From: Verrucomicrobiota bacterium
GTDB lineage: Bacteria; Verrucomicrobiota; Verrucomicrobiia; Limisphaerales; UBA1096
Assembly (NCBI GenBank): GCA_014382705.1
Contig: JACNJE010000110.1
Span: forward strand, 1 to 61,098
Reading direction: 5' to 3'
DNA: 61,098 bases
The notes under the pieces were generated by a model. It made no database searches. It was not told the origin of the DNA and was given only the letters and a program-made list of their open reading frames with translations. Position 1 is the stretch's first letter, and each line of letters begins with the position of its first letter. The position numbers and the translations under genes are program-made. Positions 1-16,691 of the stretch are shown in pieces.

Positions 1-222
1 ACTCTCCTCTCAACCCTTTCCAACCCTTCGGTGTCCTTTTTTATGAGTCAACACGATGATGTTCATTAGTCATTAAAATGTTGATTAACCGGTTTCGGTT
101 TGGGATACTGTCCGGCCTTTTGTTTGGCCGTTCACGCAGAAAATGGCGTAAACGGCGTTTACTTGGGGAAAGGAGACGGGATGATCTCGTTCGATTTTCC
201 CCGTTTTTTGGATTTGAACCGT

Positions 223-4794
<4,572 letters not shown>

Positions 4795-4812
4795 GCAGCC
4801 GGGGATTTTTCA

Positions 4813-6402
4813 ATGGGAAAGCCAACAGGATTCATGGAGTTCGAGCGCGAGGCGGTGGCGTACCGCGATCCGCTGCAGCGCATAGGGGATTTCGGGGAGA
4901 TTTACACCGACCCGCCCGAGGAACAGTTGCAGACGCAGGGCGCGCGCTGCATGGATTGCGGCGTGCCGTTCTGCCAGTCCGGCACCGGCTGCCCCATCGA
5001 CAACCTCATACCGGAGTGGAACGACCTTGTCTACAAAGGTTGCTGGGAGGAGGCGCTTGAGCGGCTGCACAAGACGAACAACTTTCCGGAATTCACCGGC
5101 CGCACCTGCCCCGCGCCGTGCGAGGGGGCATGTGTGCTGGGCATCACCAATCCGGCGGTGACCATCAAGAACATCGAGAACGCCATCGTCGACCGCGGTT
5201 TTGCTGAGGGCTGGATCACGCCCAAGCCGCCGGCCGTGCGCACCGGCAGGAAGGTGGCCATCGTCGGCTCCGGGCCGGCCGGCCTGACGGCGGCGGCGCA
5301 GCTCAACAAGGTCGGGCACACCGTCACGGTTTACGAGCGCGCCGACCGGATCGGCGGACTGCTGATGTACGGCATCCCGAACATGAAACTCGAAAAGGAC
5401 GTCGTCGAGCGCCGCGTCAATATCCTGCGGGAGGAGGGGGTGCTATTCGTCACGTGTGCCCATGTCGGCCGGGCGGAGGATTTTTCCTCCGGCCACATGA
5501 CGCAGATCATGGAGGAGCGCGGCTGCGGGGTGCAGTACATCGACCCGAACGAGTTGCTGAAGGAAAACGACGCGCTGCTGATGGCCACCGGCGCCACGAA
5601 GCCGTTCGATCCCACAGCGCGATGCCCGGGGCGCGAGTTGGCGGGCGTGCAGTTCGCGATGGATTTCCTCACGCGCAACACCAAGAGCCTGCTCGATTCC
5701 AAGCTCGACGACGGTGCCTACACTTCAGCCAAGGGCAAGCACGTCATCGTGATCGGCGGCGGCGACACCGGCGCGGACTGCATCGGCACATCGCTGCGAC
5801 ACGGCTGCGCCAGCGTCGTCAATTTTGAACTGCTTGACCAACCGCCCGCCAAGCGCGCCGCGAACAACCCCTGGCCGCAGTGGCCGCGCGTGTATCGCCT
5901 CGACTATTCGCACGAGGAGAACAAGGCCAAGCACGGCAACGACCCGCGCGCGTACCACGTGCTGGCCAAGGAGTTCATCGGCGACGACAACGGCCGCGTG
6001 AAGGCCGTGAAAACGGTCGAGGTCGACTGGAGCAAGCCGGTCGAGGGCGGCGCGCCATTCAGCGAGGTGGCCGGCAGTGAAAAGGAATGGCCGGCGGATC
6101 TCGTGCTGTTGGCCACCGGTTTCGTCGGCCCCGAACTGGAAGTCGGCGAAATGCTCGGCCTCGAAACCCAAAACCCGCGCGGCAACTGGCAAACCTTCAT
6201 CGGCGAGCACGGCGAATTCACCACCAACGTCGAGGGCGTCTTCACCGCCGGCGATTGTCGGCGCGGCCAATCCCTTGTCGTCTGGGCCATTAACGAGGGC
6301 CGCGGTGCCGCCCGCGCGATCGACCAATTCCTTGCCGGCACCAGCCTGCTCCCCGCGCCCGGCGTCACGCAGGGCAGCGCCTTGGCTGGTGCGTCAGTTT
6401 AA
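4813..6402 (+). CDS. gltD: Glutamate synthase small subunit
   Basis: MGKPTGF N-terminus, CMDCGVPFC...GCP Fe-S motif, GSGPAG and GGGDTG dinucleotide motifs, [14 protein letters not shown]; follows gltB. Confidence 0.96.
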   Translation: MGKPTGFMEFEREAVAYRDPLQRIGDFGEIYTDPPEEQLQTQGARCMDCGVPFCQSGTGCPIDNLIPEWNDLVYKGCWEEALERLHKTNNFPEFTGRTCPAPCEGACVLGITNPAVTIKNIENAIVDRGFAEGWITPKPPAVRTGRKVAIVGSGPAGLTAAAQLNKVGHTVTVYERADRIGGLLMYGIPNMKLEKDVVERRVNILREEGVLFVTCAHVGRAEDFSSGHMTQIMEERGCGVQYIDPNELLKENDALLMATGATKPFDPTARCPGRELAGVQFAMDFLTRNTKSLLDSKLDDGAYTSAKGKHVIVIGGGDTGADCIGTSLRHGCASVVNFELLDQPPAKRAANNPWPQWPRVYRLDYSHEENKAKHGNDPRAYHVLAKEFIGDDNGRVKAVKTVEVDWSKPVEGGAPFSEVAGSEKEWPADLVLLATGFVGPELEVGEMLGLETQNPRGNWQTFIGEHGEFTTNVEGVFTAGDCRRGQSLVVWAINEGRGAARAIDQFLAGTSLLPAPGVTQGSALAGASV

Positions 6403-6529
6403 GGGTTGAATGGCCTCGGGCGTTTGTTAGCGTCCCGGTTCATTCAGTGGGGCAACCAACCGGTCACCATGCCAGCAGGGCTTGGCTTGGCAGCATCGGG
6501 TGATGCCCTTGGTTCTTTCTATTGAGATC

Positions 6530-8052
6530 GTGTTAATAGGAATACCAAAAGAAATCGCGGCCAGGGAGTGTCGCGTCGCCGCTGCGCCGGAGAACGTGGC
6601 CAAGTTCATCAAGCTTGGCTTCGAGGTGGCGGTCGAGACCGGCGCAGGCCAGGCGGCCAAGTTCCCCGATGCGCTCTATGAGGAAGCCGGGGCGACCGTG
6701 TTGTCCGCTGCGGAGATCTGGGCCAAGGCCGACATCCTGCTCAAGATTCGCCCGCCGCAGGAGGGTGAAGTCGAACTCGCCCGCGAGGGCGCGACGCTGA
6801 TCAGCCTCATCCAGCCGGCGCAGAACGGCGACCTGCTCGAGCGCTTGGCCAAGCGCAGGGTCAACGCCATCGCGATGGACGCCGTGCCGCGCATTTCCCG
6901 GGCGCAGTCGATGGACGCGCTCAGCTCGATGGCCAACATCGCCGGCTACCGTGCGATGGTTGAGGCCGCCGGCGAGTTCGGACGCTTTTTCACCGGCCAA
7001 ATCACCGCCGCCGGCCGCGTGCCGCCGGCCCGGGTATTGGTCATCGGCGCTGGCGTTGCCGGGCTGTCGGCCATTGGCACGGCGGTCAAGTTGGGTGCCA
7101 TCGTGCGCGCCTTCGACACCCGCCCCACGGTCAGGGACGAGGTCAGGAGCATGGGCGCGGAGTTTCTCGAGTTGGAGTTCGAGGAGGACGGCACCGGCGA
7201 GGGCGGCTACGCCAAGGTGATGAGCCAGGAGTTCATCGAGGCGGAGATGAAGCTGTTCGCCGAGCAGGCGGCCGAGGTGGACATCATCGTCACCACGGCG
7301 ATGATCCCCGGAAAAAAATCCCCCGTCCTCATCACCGGGGAGATGGTTCGCAGCATGAAGGACGGCTCGGTGATCGTGGATCTCGCAGCCGAGGGCGGCG
7401 GCAATTGTGAATTGACCCGGCCCAACGAGAGGGTGGTTGAGCATGGCGTGACCCTCCTTGGCTACACCGATCTGCCAAGCCGGCTGCCGACCCAGTCCAG
7501 CACCCTGTACGGCAACAATCTGGTCAAGCTGCTCGGCCTGCTGGGCGGTGCCGGGGAGTTTAAGCTGGATTTCGAGGATGAAATTGTCCGGGGCGCGACC
7601 GTGGTTCGCGACGGCGAAATCACCTGGCCACCCCCGCAAACGGCCGCCCCCTCGCCGCCGCCCAAGCCGAAGCCGCCCGCCCTCCAGCCACGGGAAGCCG
7701 GGGAGGCCAAGGGTAGCTCGGCACTCTCCGGGATATTGCTGGGCATTGCCTGCCTACTGCTGCTCGCGTTGGGTTGGGGGAGCGGCACCGAATTCCTCGA
7801 CCAGTTGACCGTGTTCACCCTGTCGTGCTTCGTCGGGTACATGGTCGTCTGGAACGTCACCCCGGCACTGCACACGCCGCTCATGAGTGTCACCAACGCC
7901 ATCAGCGGCATCATCGTCATCGGTGGCATGCTGTTCATCTCGAGCAGCAATCAGGCGGTGCAGATCCTGTCCGGCGTGGCGGTGCTGATCGCCACCATCA
8001 ACGTCGCGGGCGGATTCCGGGTCACCCAGCGCATGCTCAAAATGTTCCGCAA

Positions 8053-8056
<4 letters not shown>
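6530..8056 (+). CDS. pntA: NAD(P) transhydrogenase alpha subunit (single-chain type)
   Basis: IGIPKE...[32 protein letters not shown] and C-terminal membrane part with [17 protein letters not shown] 6530 is the likely start. Confidence 0.95.
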
Positions 8057-9471
<1,415 letters not shown>

Positions 9472-9519
9472 TCAGCCCCCCACTTGGCCAAGCGGGGGGA
9501 GAGTCGCGTCAGCACTCGT

Positions 9520-9547
9520 GGAGTGCGGTTCTCCGCACCGCTTTTTT
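9520..9547 (+). terminator. Possible intrinsic terminator or REP-like hairpin after pntB
   Basis: GTGCGG-TTCT-CCGCAC stem followed by CGC and a T6 run, about 50 nt after the pntB stop. Confidence 0.45.
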
Positions 9548-9621
9548 GAACGCAGAGAACGCAGAGCCGCAGAGGAGATAAACAATCGTCCTCGTCCTTC
9601 GTACCTCGTCATCGAAAAAAC

Positions 9622-10199
9622 AAACATGGATGGACAGGATGCACAGGAATAATTTTTCCGATCCTGTTCATCCTGCCCATCCATGTTCAATTGAACCGGA
9701 AAACCACCACGAAAAGCACGAAGATCACGAACTGAAAAAAGAAAAACCACGAAGGTCACGAAGAGCACGAAGGAAAGGGAAGGGGAGTGCGCTTGGCCAA
9801 GGGGGAGCCCCGACGGGGCGGCAGGTAATAGCCCGGTGCGTCAGCTCCGGGTAGCCACGCAAAAAAACTAACGAGCCCCAACGGGGCGGCACAATAACGG
9901 GCATGACATAAAACATGGATGGACAGGATGCACAGGAATAATTTTTCCGATCCTGTTCATCCTGCCCATCCATGTTCAATTGAACCGGAAAACCACCACG
10001 AAAAGCACGAAGATCACGAACTGAAAAAAGAAAAACCACGAAGGTCACGAAGAGCACGAAGGAAAGGGAAGGGGAGTGCGCTTGGCCAAGGGGGAGCCCC
10101 GACGGGGCGGCAGGTAATAGCCCGGTGCGTCAGCTCCGGGTAGCCACGCAAAAAAACTAACGAGCCCCAACGGGGCGGCACAATAACGGGCATGACAAA
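9622..10199. repeat. 289-bp direct tandem duplication (9622-9910 and 9911-10199, start of a third unit at 10200)
   Basis: Near-identical copies. The identical 74-aa ORFs at 9630 and 9919 are offset by 289. Confidence 0.95.
9805..9891. repeat. REP-like element GAGCCCCRACGGGGCGGCA x2 flanking a CCCGG...CCGGG hairpin (second copy 10094-10180)
   Basis: GCCCC-RAC-GGGGC hairpins repeated directly at 9805 and 9873. Confidence 0.7.
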
Positions 10200-10352
10200 A
10201 AACATGGATCGACAGGATGAACAGGATATTTTTTCCGTGGATCAGGGAAGAAGTACGAGGACGATTATCGAAATCCCTCTCTGCGATATTCTGCGCCCTC
10301 TGCGCTTAACCCTGTTATTGGCGTCGATTCGCGTCGATTCGCGGTTTCTGAA

Positions 10353-11822
10353 TCAGTTTTTCAGCAGCCCAAGGAACGGCTCCGGCCAGAGGCCAAGCGC
10401 CATGACGGCCAAGGCCAGCGAGCATAGTGTGATTCCGGTCGCCCAGCCGATTTTTGAAGGCGCGATCGCCGCCCCGTTATCGGCGGGGACGACGAGGAAG
10501 GCTTTCAGCACGCGCAGATAGTAGTAGAGGGAAACGACACTCATGATGAGGGCGAAGGCGACGAGCCAGTAAAAGCCGTCAACCCAAGTGGCGGCTTCCG
10601 GTACCGCCTCGATCGCAGCGAAGAAGAGATAAAATTTACCGAGGAAACCGGCCAGTGGCGGGATGCCGGCCATCGACAGCAGGAACACCAAAAACGCCAC
10701 GGCCAAGCCGGGCGATGTGTTCCAGCAGCCGTTGAAGTCGCTGATCTCCGCCTCGCGGCCCAGTTTGTCGGTCAGCACCGCGACCACCCCGAAAGCACCC
10801 AGGCTGGCGAGCGAATAAACCACGATGTAAAAAATCACGGAGGCATTTCCCGCTGCGGAGAAGGCCACCACGCCGACGAGCAGATAACCGGCGTTGGCGA
10901 TCGCGCTGTAGGCGAGGAGCCGCTTCAAGTTGGTCTGGCGCAGCGCGCCGAGGTTGCCGACCACCATGCTGAGCACCGCGAGCGCGGCGAGTGCGGGGAT
11001 GAGGGCGGCCTTCAGTTTCGGCGCGTCAAACACCGGCTGCAACAGCGCGAGCAGCAGCGCGGCGGCGGCGATTTTGGAGCCACTGCCGATCCAGCCCGCC
11101 ACCGGTGTCGGTGCGTTTTGATAAACATCCGGCGCCCAAAGGTGGAACGGCGCCAGGGCCAGCTTGAATCCCAGCCCGACGAAAATCAGCAGGTAGGCCA
11201 GCACCAGCATTGGAGAATGTTGCAGGCCGGTCATTTGGGTGAGGTCGAGTTTCCCAGTGGCACCGTAAAGGTAGCTCAGGCCGAACAGCAGAAAGCCGGA
11301 TGACACCGCGCCGAACGTCAGGTATTTCAACGCCGCCTCAGCCGAGGCGCGCTTGGCCTGATTGAGCACCGTCATTGCGTAAAGGCTCAGGCTGACCAAC
11401 TCCAGCGCGACGAATGCGCCGAGCAAATTGCGGCTCGTCACCACGAACCCCATGCCCAGTGTGGCCAACAGCAGGAGCGCAAAATATTCGCTGACCTGTG
11501 GCGTGATTGGGTCGCGCTTGGCCAAGGGCAACACGCCCAGCCCCATGGCATACAGCAGCGCCTTCAACGTCAACGTGCCTGTGTTCAGCACCAGTTGGCC
11601 GTCGGCGGTGGACTTCATCAACGGCATCGTCCCGGCGATCTGCAACAGGAGCACCGCCAGTCCGGCGATCAGCCCGGCGGCGGAGATTTGGCAGGCCACT
11701 TGGTAGCGCTTGGCCAAGGCGCTGCCACGCAGACGCGAGTAATCGACCCCCAACGCGATGAACAAAGCTATCACGACCAGCAGGTCGGGGAGCAGGGCCA
11801 AAAGTAGCTGTTGATAATCCAT
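10353..11822 (-). CDS. nuoN: NADH-quinone oxidoreductase subunit N (2M operon)
   Basis: FVALELVSL, EAALKYL, GFKLALAPFHLWAPDVY, KRLLAYSAIANAGY, GIPPLAGFLGKF. Confidence 0.93.
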   Translation of the reverse strand: MDYQQLLLALLPDLLVVIALFIALGVDYSRLRGSALAKRYQVACQISAAGLIAGLAVLLLQIAGTMPLMKSTADGQLVLNTGTLTLKALLYAMGLGVLPLAKRDPITPQVSEYFALLLLATLGMGFVVTSRNLLGAFVALELVSLSLYAMTVLNQAKRASAEAALKYLTFGAVSSGFLLFGLSYLYGATGKLDLTQMTGLQHSPMLVLAYLLIFVGLGFKLALAPFHLWAPDVYQNAPTPVAGWIGSGSKIAAAALLLALLQPVFDAPKLKAALIPALAALAVLSMVVGNLGALRQTNLKRLLAYSAIANAGYLLVGVVAFSAAGNASVIFYIVVYSLASLGAFGVVAVLTDKLGREAEISDFNGCWNTSPGLAVAFLVFLLSMAGIPPLAGFLGKFYLFFAAIEAVPEAATWVDGFYWLVAFALIMSVVSLYYYLRVLKAFLVVPADNGAAIAPSKIGWATGITLCSLALAVMALGLWPEPFLGLLKN

Positions 11823-11831
11823 GTCGCCTTG

Positions 11832-13319
11832 TCAGTTGGCCAAGCGCTCGAGCATCAGTTTCAGGCTGGGCGAAATCTTGTCCGTCAACAACCAAGGGCA
11901 CAGGCCGATGAGCAGCGCCGCGCCCAGAAGCAGCGCCACGCCGGTTTTCTCCGGCAGCGTCATCGGCGGATAAGCGGTCTTCGCTTGGCTGGCGTCCGGC
12001 CTCTTTCGTTCGCGGAAAAATGCCTCGTGAATCTTCACCAGCGTGTAGCCGAATGTGAGAAGGATGCCCAACCCAGCGCCGCCAACGATCCAGCCTGAAA
12101 GCGACCCCCAAGCGCCGAGCAGCACGAACAGTTCGGAGACAAACCCACTAAATCCCGGCAACCCCATTGACGCCAGACCGGCCGCCACGAACACCCAGGC
12201 GATGCCCGGCATGTGGTCGATCAGCCGGTGCAACTCGTCGAGCATACGCGTTTTCGTGCGTGAATAAATCACCGTGCCGACCAGCGCGAAGAGCAGTGCG
12301 CCGATCACGCCGTGGGAGAACATCTGCAGCACCGCGCCGGTTAGGCCGGTGAGGTTCAGCGTGGCGATGCCGAGCAGCACAAAGCCCATGTGGCTGACGC
12401 TCGAGTAGCCGATGACGTATTTGAAGTCGTCCTGCTTGAGAGCCACAAGCGCGCCGTATACGATGTTGATGACCGCCACCACGGCCACCCATGATGCCCA
12501 AGCCTGCGCTCCCGCCGGCAGCAGTCCGACCGCCACGCGGAGGCAGCCGTACGCGCCGAGTTTCATCACCACGCCGGCCAGCAGCATGCTGGCCGCCGTC
12601 GGCGCGGCGACGTGGCCGGTTGGTGCCCAAGTGTGGAACGGCCACATGCCGCCCATGATGGCGAAGCCGACAAAAATCAGCGGGAAAAGCCATTGCTGGG
12701 CCGCCGCCGGTATCTGCGCCTGTTGCAATGCCAAAAGGTTGAACGTCTTCAGCGCCTCGCCGTTTGCGTCCTGCGCCAGAAAGAAAACCGCGAGCATCCC
12801 CAGCAGTACCAGCGCGCTGCCGCCGAAGGAGTAGAGCACCAGTTTCATCGCCGCGAACTGCCGTCGTGCGCCGCCCCAAATGGCGATCAGGAAATATTTT
12901 GGCACCACCGCAATTTCGTAAAACACAAACAGCAAAAACAGGTCGAGCGACAGGAACACGCCGTACACGCCCCCGATGAGCGCGAAGTAAAAGGCGTAAA
13001 ACTGGTTGGCCCGAGACTCGAGAGTCCAACTGAACAACACGCCGCAAACTGCCACCAAGCCGGTCACCAACAGCAGCGGCAGGCTGATGCCGTCGTACCC
13101 GGTGGCGAAGCCGATGCCGAGCGAAGGAATCCAGTCGGCTTCGACCAAGTCCGCGAACTCGCCGCCGGAATAATTTGCATAACAGACCGCCGACACGCCC
13201 AGTCCGGCGGTCGCGAAGGCCAACGCCACCCAGCGGATTTGCCGGTGCGCTCCCGCCGGCATCAGCCCGCACACCAGTGCGCCGATAAAACTGAGAATGA
13301 GGGTGAGCAGCGCGGTCAT
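11832..13319 (-). CDS. nuoM: NADH-quinone oxidoreductase subunit M (copy next to nuoN)
   Basis: FVFYEI, WPFHTWAP...APTAASMLLAGVVMKLG, IGYSSVSHMG, SMGLPGFSGFVSE. Confidence 0.92.
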   Translation of the reverse strand: MTALLTLILSFIGALVCGLMPAGAHRQIRWVALAFATAGLGVSAVCYANYSGGEFADLVEADWIPSLGIGFATGYDGISLPLLLVTGLVAVCGVLFSWTLESRANQFYAFYFALIGGVYGVFLSLDLFLLFVFYEIAVVPKYFLIAIWGGARRQFAAMKLVLYSFGGSALVLLGMLAVFFLAQDANGEALKTFNLLALQQAQIPAAAQQWLFPLIFVGFAIMGGMWPFHTWAPTGHVAAPTAASMLLAGVVMKLGAYGCLRVAVGLLPAGAQAWASWVAVVAVINIVYGALVALKQDDFKYVIGYSSVSHMGFVLLGIATLNLTGLTGAVLQMFSHGVIGALLFALVGTVIYSRTKTRMLDELHRLIDHMPGIAWVFVAAGLASMGLPGFSGFVSELFVLLGAWGSLSGWIVGGAGLGILLTFGYTLVKIHEAFFRERKRPDASQAKTAYPPMTLPEKTGVALLLGAALLIGLCPWLLTDKISPSLKLMLERLAN

Positions 13320-13320
13320 G

Positions 13321-14772
13321 TCAGGGAATCAACTGGGTCAACTTTTGGCTGAACTCCAGCCAAGTTGCGGGGTAGATGCCGGCCCAGAAAACAAGGATGA
13401 TGATCGGGGTTAAAATAAGGATTTCGTTCCGGGTCAGATCCGGCATGGACTTGTTTTGTTCGTTGACCGGTCCGGTGAAAACACGTTGCAACATGGTTAG
13501 CAAAAAGACCGCCGTGGCCAGCAGGCCCAGCGTGGCCGCCACGGTCACGCCCGGTGCGACGGCGAACGTGCCGCTAAAAATTAAAAACTCCGCCGCGAAC
13601 CCGGCCATAAACGGCAGGCCAAGCGAGCAGAATGTGAGAATGAAAAACACCGCTGCGAACCGGGGAGTGACAGCGCTGAGTCCGCCGAAGTCATTCCGCC
13701 CGCGCAAGCCGGTGCGTTCCTCGAGCAGGCCCACGAGATAAAACAAGCCGGCCGCCGCCAAGCCGTGCGCGAACAATTGCAGGATGACGCCCTGTCTGGC
13801 CAAGGCGTGCGCGTCCACTTTCAGTCCGTCCGCCGTGATGCCCAGCGCGCCGACGCCGAGAACGCAATAGGCCACATGGTTGAGCGACGAGAAGGCAAGC
13901 AGCCGCTTGAGATCGGTTTGCCGCAGCGCGACGAATGCGCCCCACAGGATCGTCAGCAGCGCGAAAGCCATCAGCGTGCCAGCGTGCTGCTTCAGTTGCT
14001 CAGGGAAGATGGGGACTATGATTCGCAGGAAACCGTACACGCCCATCTTCGACATGACGCCGGTGAGCAGCATGGCCACCGGTGTCGGCGCGGCGGCGTA
14101 CGCGGGTGCCTGCCAAATGTGCAGCGGCGCGAGCGGCACCTTCACCCACAGCCCGGCGAGGATCGCGCAGAAAATCAGAGGGCTGACCGGGACGCCTTTT
14201 TCGGCGAGTTTGATGAAATCAAACGTGCCGGTTTGCTGGTGCAAAAACAGGAAGCCGATCAACATCGCCACGCTGCCCAGCACGGTGAACAGGACAAAGT
14301 TCAGCGCTGCGCTGTGCCGCTCCCCGCCTTTTCCGAAGAGCTTGATCAGGAAAAAAGACGGCACCAGCACCAGTTCCCAATACAGGAACCAGTGGAAAAA
14401 ATTCAGCGCGGTGAAGGTGCCAAACAGCCCGGTGAACAGCAGGCTGAGCAGCGCGAAATAAGTGCGCGGCCGGTCGGTGTGCTGCCACGAAGCCGCCACC
14501 GCGAGGGGAGCGAGCAGCGCCGAGAGCAGCAGCACCAGTGCGTTCGTGCCGTCGAGGCCGACGAAATAATCGACGCCCAGCGCGGGAATCCACGCCACTT
14601 TTTCGCTGAACTGCAAACCGGCGGCGGTAATGTCGAACTGCACCAGCATCCACACCGCCAACGCCAGCGACACCAGCGCCCCGACGAGCGCCACGGCGCG
14701 TGCGCGGGCTTCCGGCAGAGCCAGCATCAGCACGGCCGCCACCACCGGGGCCAATGTGAGTGCGGTGATCAT
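13321..14772 (-). CDS. nuoM: NADH-quinone oxidoreductase subunit M (copy next to nuoL)
   Basis: FLYWELVLVP, KVPLAPLHIW, GVMSKMGVYG, SLGLPFMAGFAAE. ATG 14772 overlaps the nuoL stop (TAATG). Confidence 0.92.
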   Translation of the reverse strand: MITALTLAPVVAAVLMLALPEARARAVALVGALVSLALAVWMLVQFDITAAGLQFSEKVAWIPALGVDYFVGLDGTNALVLLLSALLAPLAVAASWQHTDRPRTYFALLSLLFTGLFGTFTALNFFHWFLYWELVLVPSFFLIKLFGKGGERHSAALNFVLFTVLGSVAMLIGFLFLHQQTGTFDFIKLAEKGVPVSPLIFCAILAGLWVKVPLAPLHIWQAPAYAAAPTPVAMLLTGVMSKMGVYGFLRIIVPIFPEQLKQHAGTLMAFALLTILWGAFVALRQTDLKRLLAFSSLNHVAYCVLGVGALGITADGLKVDAHALARQGVILQLFAHGLAAAGLFYLVGLLEERTGLRGRNDFGGLSAVTPRFAAVFFILTFCSLGLPFMAGFAAEFLIFSGTFAVAPGVTVAATLGLLATAVFLLTMLQRVFTGPVNEQNKSMPDLTRNEILILTPIIILVFWAGIYPATWLEFSQKLTQLIP

Positions 14773-16691
14773 TATAACCAAAACACGAGTATGCCGAGCG
14801 CGACGGCACCGAGCGCGATGAGGCGGAGGTAGCCGGGGAGAAAGCCGTTTTGAGGGCGGGTCACGGCGTGGCCAGCCGAGCGCAGCCGGTTGCACATGCC
14901 GTCGAAGGCCAGCGTGTCGATCAATTTGCGGTCGCCGCCGACGGCGAAGGCGTTGCCAATTCTGTCCGCCAGCAGTACCGCCAAGTCGCGTATGAAGAGC
15001 AGCAGCTCATTGAGTTGTTCCGCGATGACGATGGCCAACGCCCACAGTCGGCCCACCGTGGCGGCGTACAGTTCGTCGAACCACAGCTTGCGCACGAGCG
15101 GCGTGACGGCGAGCGGATCAGCCGCTTGGCCAAGCGCGCGGCCTCGGTAAATCAGCCAGCCAAGCGCGATGCCACCGAGTGCGACGGCGATGCTGACGGC
15201 GAGGACGATGGTTGTGTGCTCGTAATCAAGGTGCGGGAGTTTGTCCAAAATTGTGCCTTTGGCCAAGCCGCCGAGGCCAAGCGCGAAGAGGGCGAGGATG
15301 ACGAGCGGCACCGTCATGATGCGCGGGCTTTCGTGCGGCGTGTGCTCGCCGCGATGTACGCCGGGGAATACATAAAGGCATTGACGCGTCATGTAGAGCG
15401 CCGTCAGCAGCGAGGCGGCGGCGGCGATCCAAAAGACCGGTTGATTCGTGGCCCAAGCGCCGGCGAGGATTTCGTCCTTGCTGAAAAAACCGCTCGTGAA
15501 TGGGAACGCCACCAGCGCGAGCGTGCCGCAAAGGTAGGCGATCGTGGTCACCGGCATCGGCTTGGCCAAGCCGCCCATTTTGCGGATGTCCTGTTCTTCG
15601 TGGCAGCCGTGGATGATCGAGCCCGCGCCGAGGAAAAGCAGCGCCTTGAAAAAGGCGTGGGTCAACAAATGAAACATTCCCACCGACACGCCGCCGACGC
15701 CGAGGCCGACCATCATCAGGCCAAGCTGGCTGACCGTCGAGTAGGCGAGGATGCGCTTGAGGTCGTATTGGCCAAGCGCGATGAACGCGGCAACGAGCGC
15801 GGTGATCGCCCCGACCCAAGCCACCACCGGCAGCGTGCCGCCGACTTCAAACAGCGGAAACGTTCGCGCCACGAGAAACACGCCGGCCGCGACCATTGTC
15901 GCGGCGTGGATGAGCGCGCTGACCGGCGTCGGGCCTTCCATCGCGTCCGGCAGCCACACGTGCAACGGCAACTGGCCGGATTTGCCCACTGCGCCCATGA
16001 ACAGCAGCAGACTGATCACCGCTGCGACGCTGATGCCGAATACGGTGCCAGTGAGATCCTGCTGCAACATACCGCTTCCTGCTTCATTGTAGAGCGTCAG
16101 CGTGCCGGTGGTCTTGAACGCCAGCAGAATGCCGATGAGAAAACCGATGTCGCCGATGCGCGTGACGATGAATGCTTTTTTGCCGGCGGCGGCGGCTTCC
16201 GGTTTGTGATTCCAAAAACTGATGAGCAGATACGACGCGACGCCGACAATTTCCCAGCACATGAACAGCAGCAACAGGCTGTTGGCCAACACGAGGCCAA
16301 GCATCCCGGCGGCAAACAGCGACAGGTAACAGAAAAACCGCGCCATGCGCTGGTCGTCTTTCATGTAGCCGGCGGAGTAGATGAAAATGAGCAGGCCGAT
16401 GAAAGTGACCATCGCCGCCATGACGCCGGTGAGGGGATCGAGCACGAAATCAAACGAAATGGACGTTTCACCGACAGTGAGCCAAGGGATGTCGTTCGTA
16501 TATCGCTGCGCCTCAGACATGCCCCAAGATTCGATCAGGGCTGCGATCGCCAAGCCGCACGAGCCAAGCATCGCGACGATGGCCACGGCAGCGGCGCGGC
16601 GGCCGTTCTGCAGCCCGCACGTCAGGGTGGCGGCCAACAGCGGCAGCAGCGGAATGAGGGTTAGAATGAGGGTCAAGGTCGTGGTGCTCAT
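14772..16691 (-). CDS. nuoL: NADH-quinone oxidoreductase subunit L with extended lateral helix
   Basis: WEIVG, GKSGQLPLHVWLPDAMEGPTPVSALIHAATMV, HAFFKALLFL. WFDE-to-QxG spans 78 aa, against 52 aa in the other NuoL. Confidence 0.95.
   Translation of the reverse strand: MSTTTLTLILTLIPLLPLLAATLTCGLQNGRRAAAVAIVAMLGSCGLAIAALIESWGMSEAQRYTNDIPWLTVGETSISFDFVLDPLTGVMAAMVTFIGLLIFIYSAGYMKDDQRMARFFCYLSLFAAGMLGLVLANSLLLLFMCWEIVGVASYLLISFWNHKPEAAAAGKKAFIVTRIGDIGFLIGILLAFKTTGTLTLYNEAGSGMLQQDLTGTVFGISVAAVISLLLFMGAVGKSGQLPLHVWLPDAMEGPTPVSALIHAATMVAAGVFLVARTFPLFEVGGTLPVVAWVGAITALVAAFIALGQYDLKRILAYSTVSQLGLMMVGLGVGGVSVGMFHLLTHAFFKALLFLGAGSIIHGCHEEQDIRKMGGLAKPMPVTTIAYLCGTLALVAFPFTSGFFSKDEILAGAWATNQPVFWIAAAASLLTALYMTRQCLYVFPGVHRGEHTPHESPRIMTVPLVILALFALGLGGLAKGTILDKLPHLDYEHTTIVLAVSIAVALGGIALGWLIYRGRALGQAADPLAVTPLVRKLWFDELYAATVGRLWALAIVIAEQLNELLLFIRDLAVLLADRIGNAFAVGGDRKLIDTLAFDGMCNRLRSAGHAVTRPQNGFLPGYLRLIALGAVALGILVFWL

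Larger units (their letters stand above)
9549..10346. repeat. Nested array of short triplet inverted repeats (pntB/nuoN convergent gap)
   Basis: (CGCAGAG)x3 at 9549-9574 pairs with (TCTGCG)x3 at 10279-10304. AATCGTCCTCGT at 9584-9595 pairs with ACGAGGACGATT at 10255-10266. Internal ACAGGAT/ATCCTGT and CACGAA triplets, plus an ATTCGCG triplet at 10317-10346. Confidence 0.85.

Noticed and set aside
9630-10143. Duplicated 74-aa ORFs and their antisense partners
   Set aside because: They are translations of the repeat array (CACGAA and ACAGGAT units) with no protein-like features.
9549-10346. CRISPR array
   Set aside because: There is no constant 25-45 bp repeat with unique spacers and no cas genes; the structure is nested inverted repeats plus one duplication.
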